Source: Veleropilina oligotropha (lineage: Eukaryota). Taken from it: a stretch of DNA of 64,000 bases. The stretch is from positions 1 through 64,000 of the forward strand of contig JBEUKZ010000131.1 of NCBI GenBank assembly GCA_048128005.1, in the 5' to 3' direction. This document shows positions 62,861-64,000 of this stretch, in pieces. Position 1 is the first letter of the stretch; every line of letters starts with the position of its first letter. Under the pieces are notes generated by a model. That model was not told the DNA's origin, made no database searches, and saw nothing but the letters and a program-made list of their open reading frames with translations. The position numbers and the translations under genes were made by a program.

Positions 62861-64000
62861 TATGATGAGGCAGTGATAAAGGAGATGACACCAGCTGGAT
62901 ACGTCTTCTCCCATTGCCCTCGATCCACGGGTCAATCTGGTGGCGGAATTGCCTTGATCTACCAAAAGACAATTCATATAAAACGGTGTAATGTACAGTC
63001 ATTCACTACTTTTGAGAGTCTTCACTTTGTTATCTCCCATGGAAAGCACACAGTACGGTCCATTGCTGTATACAGACCCCCTCCCTCTCGTGTGAATCAG
63101 ATCAAGAATGCCACTTTTAAAGAGGAGTTTGGTTCTTTTGCGTCTTCATTAAGCAACAAGAACATTCTTATCGTGGGAGACTTTAATTTTCACTGGGATG
63201 AACCAGAAAATGGACAAACCCGCTACCTGATGCAGCTGTTTGATTCATTAAACATGACTCAGCACGTAGATCAACCTACACATCGTGGTGGACACATATT
63301 AGATTGGGTCGTGTCAAGATCTGATAAGGATGTTTTTGTTCAGTCCGTCTCTGTGGAAAATCTGTATATATCTGATCATTTTCTTGTGACATTTCAAACA
63401 AACATGTTCAGACCCGTTTCTTCAAAAAAGAAGATTCATGCTAGAAATCTAAAGAACATTGACATGGAAGCCTTTCAAAATAGCCTTCGTGTTTCTGATT
63501 TGATTAAATCGCCCCCTGAGGATGTTGAGCAGCTTGCTGCCTTGTACAACCAAACCCTCTCTAATCTTCTGGATACTTTTGCCCCTATTACTGAGAAGTA
63601 TATTAAGGATAGACCTGATTCCGTATGGTTCAGCTCAACCGTGTTGGAAGCAAAGTTGATACGACGTCTCGCTGAGAAGAAGTGGAGGAAAAGTGGTCTC
63701 GAAGTCGACAGACAGGTATATAAGACGGCAAGGAACAGGTTCTCGCAAGTGATCAGGCGTGCTAAGTCTAATCATGTGCAGTCACGTCTACAGGAGGCAA
63801 CCGCGGATTCGAGGAAGATGTTCTCTATCATTAATGATCTCCTTGGAAAGAAAGAAACGCCATCTGTGCTACCAGATTTGGACAATGAGCAGGCTGCAAA
63901 TGTCATGAGTTCGTTCTTTGTTGACAAAGTGGAAAACATCAGAAAAGGATTTGCTAGCTGTGGTGATCTGCCTGAAGTAAATAAACTGTTTGCTGGCTCC
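62861..64000 (+). mobile_element. Non-LTR retrotransposon (L2/CR1 group) ORF2, APE endonuclease + linker, 5'-truncated, runs off the window
   Basis: Open frame with GGGIAL, VYRPP, GDFNFH, PTHRGGHILD and SDH motifs; the N-terminal ETW motif is missing. Confidence 0.9.

Overview
This is animal genomic DNA, AT-rich with GT-AG introns, and its repeat landscape is mollusc-like (inference). About 45% of the window is four full-length DIRS1-type tyrosine-recombinase retrotransposons, all on the + strand. Each has gag, RT-RNaseH-methyltransferase and YR ORFs, ~200-bp inverted terminal repeats (ITRs) and an internal complementary region (ICR). They form two families. Family A is a nested pair: A1 (2060-9447) sits inside the left ITR of A2 (1977-16628). 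Family B is B1 (26880-34344) and B2 (49571-56969). The host is a spliced + strand gene (16 exons traced, 19080-49455) encoding a repetitive N-terminus, a SEC14 domain and spectrin repeats. An unidentified minus-strand gene, a 5'-truncated LINE and many MITEs or satellites fill the rest. The most interesting signals are: (1) large 5' and 3' untranslated RNA structures in the DIRS elements, supported by compensatory changes between the two families; (2) gag and YR lie in the same frame, separated by one TAG followed by a conserved hairpin, and the frame stays stop-free across the whole of pol; (3) the 2-bp target duplication of each copy matches the dinucleotide at the centre of its own ICR (AT in three copies, CT in one); (4) host splice donors have been repeatedly amplified into tandem arrays.
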